The notes beneath the pieces were generated by a model. That model worked only from the letters and a program-made list of their open reading frames with translations, did not search any database and was not told the origin of the DNA. A stretch of DNA of 64,000 nt from the human T2T-CHM13v2.0 reference genome, Homo sapiens, in the NCBI RefSeq assembly GCF_009914755.1, contig NC_060946.1; one strand, written 5' to 3'. The number at the start of each line of letters is the position of its first letter. The stretch's first letter is position 1. Below are positions 62,931 through 64,000 of this stretch, piece by piece. A program made the translations under genes and the position numbers.

Positions 62931-63456
62931 AGAAAAGGAGAGGAAAGAAGAGAAGAGAAAAGCACAGACAAGGGTCCCAGAAAGCCGTGGGGGTAGGGGA
63001 CAGCCTGCCAAGGAGTCAGGGACTTCCTCTGTCAACAAGGGACACTCTTGTCCTCGCAGCAAAGAGACACGTTCACATAGATGGAACGGAAGCCTTGTTG
63101 CTCTGGGAATCTGCATTCCTAACACTGAGCCTCAGCCTCCTTGGTCCCCAAGGAAAAAGAAGCCTCCGGGAGGCCTGGTGAGGGGATGAGGGGAGGCTTG
63201 AAGGCTGGGCATGGTGGGGGCCGGACAGCGAGGAACACAGGCCTGACCCAGCAGGACAGGGCAGAGCAGGCCTCGGTGTGCCCACCACACTCAGGTGACC
63301 AAGATCCAGCGGGGTGCTGGAGAGTGGGCAGACCCAGCCAAAATCCCAGTCCCTCCACGTGTTGGTGACCCACAAGATGTCCCCAAGCTACCACTTCATG
63401 GCCTACGGATGGTGGGTGATAAAGCTGGTTGTTGTAGGCCAAAAAAAAAAAAAAAA

Positions 63457-63788
63457 TGTAGGGTGGGCTCCTCGTCCGTATGATTGGTGTCCTTATCCAA
63501 AAGGGAAATATAGAGACAGAGACGCACGCCTACAGAGGGAATGCCGTGAAGGTAAAGGCAGAGAACGTGGCATTGCTTCTATAAGCCAAGGAACCCCACT
63601 GATTGCCAGCAAGACATCAGACGCCAAGAGAGAAGCCTGGAACACTCTTCCTCATACCTTCAGAAGGAACCAAGCCGGCCGACACCTGGATCTTGGACTC
63701 CAGCCCCCAGAACTGTGAGACACATTTCTGTCGTTCAAGCCCCTCAGGTGTGGGGTCATGTGAAGGCAGCCCTAGCCAACGAATACAA
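63457..63788 (+). mobile_element. MaLR LTR (MLT1B/C-like)
   Basis: tggtgtccttat...aagccaaggaa...gacacctggatcttggactccagcc.ccagaactgtgaga...gcagccctagc.aac.aataca. Confidence 0.85.
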
Positions 63789-64000
63789 TGCCCATTGCAC
63801 TAGTATTAGGTAAATGCTATGCAAAGCCTGTTCCTGTGTCTAGCTTCCTCCCGGGCTCCTGCGCACAGCAGGCGCTCACTCATTGTCCACTGAAGAGACT
63901 GAAGAGCCAAGATATCTGTATTTTTATCAGGAGCCTTCAGGCCATGTGATGCCTTAAGCCATGGAGTGGACGCTCAGGCAGAGCGGAATTGGGGGTAACC

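Overview
Human genomic DNA from 22q12.3 with two convergent protein-coding genes. KCTD17 (+ strand; CDS 1338-12192 in 9 exons, 321 aa; CUL3-adaptor BTB protein) has a CpG-island promoter and AATAAA at 12965. TMPRSS6/matriptase-2 (- strand; CDS 53346-15678 in 17 coding exons, 802 aa, or 811 aa from the alternative first exon) has a non-coding first exon near 59.4 kb. I rebuilt both spliced ORFs by hand from splice sites and phases; they close exactly (966 nt and 2409 nt). Introns hold a 3'-truncated 7SK pseudogene inside an MLT1 LTR, about 13 Alu elements or fragments, MIR/L2/MER3/Charlie4 fragments, a 1.3-kb (GGAT/GAT)n array, a ~28-copy 31-32-bp VNTR and two pairs of old local duplications. 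There is no prokaryotic, CRISPR or novel multi-gene system: this is a well-studied locus. The best leads are regulatory or splicing-level: a KCTD17 last exon readable in three frames, a U-free (CCCCA)6 acceptor before a catalytic TMPRSS6 exon, a MIR-derived protease-domain exon, a candidate antisense transcript converging on an intronic poly(A) site, a MYB-motif VNTR, and candidate upstream 5'UTR exons. Repeat family names and variant IDs are from recall, not database searches.
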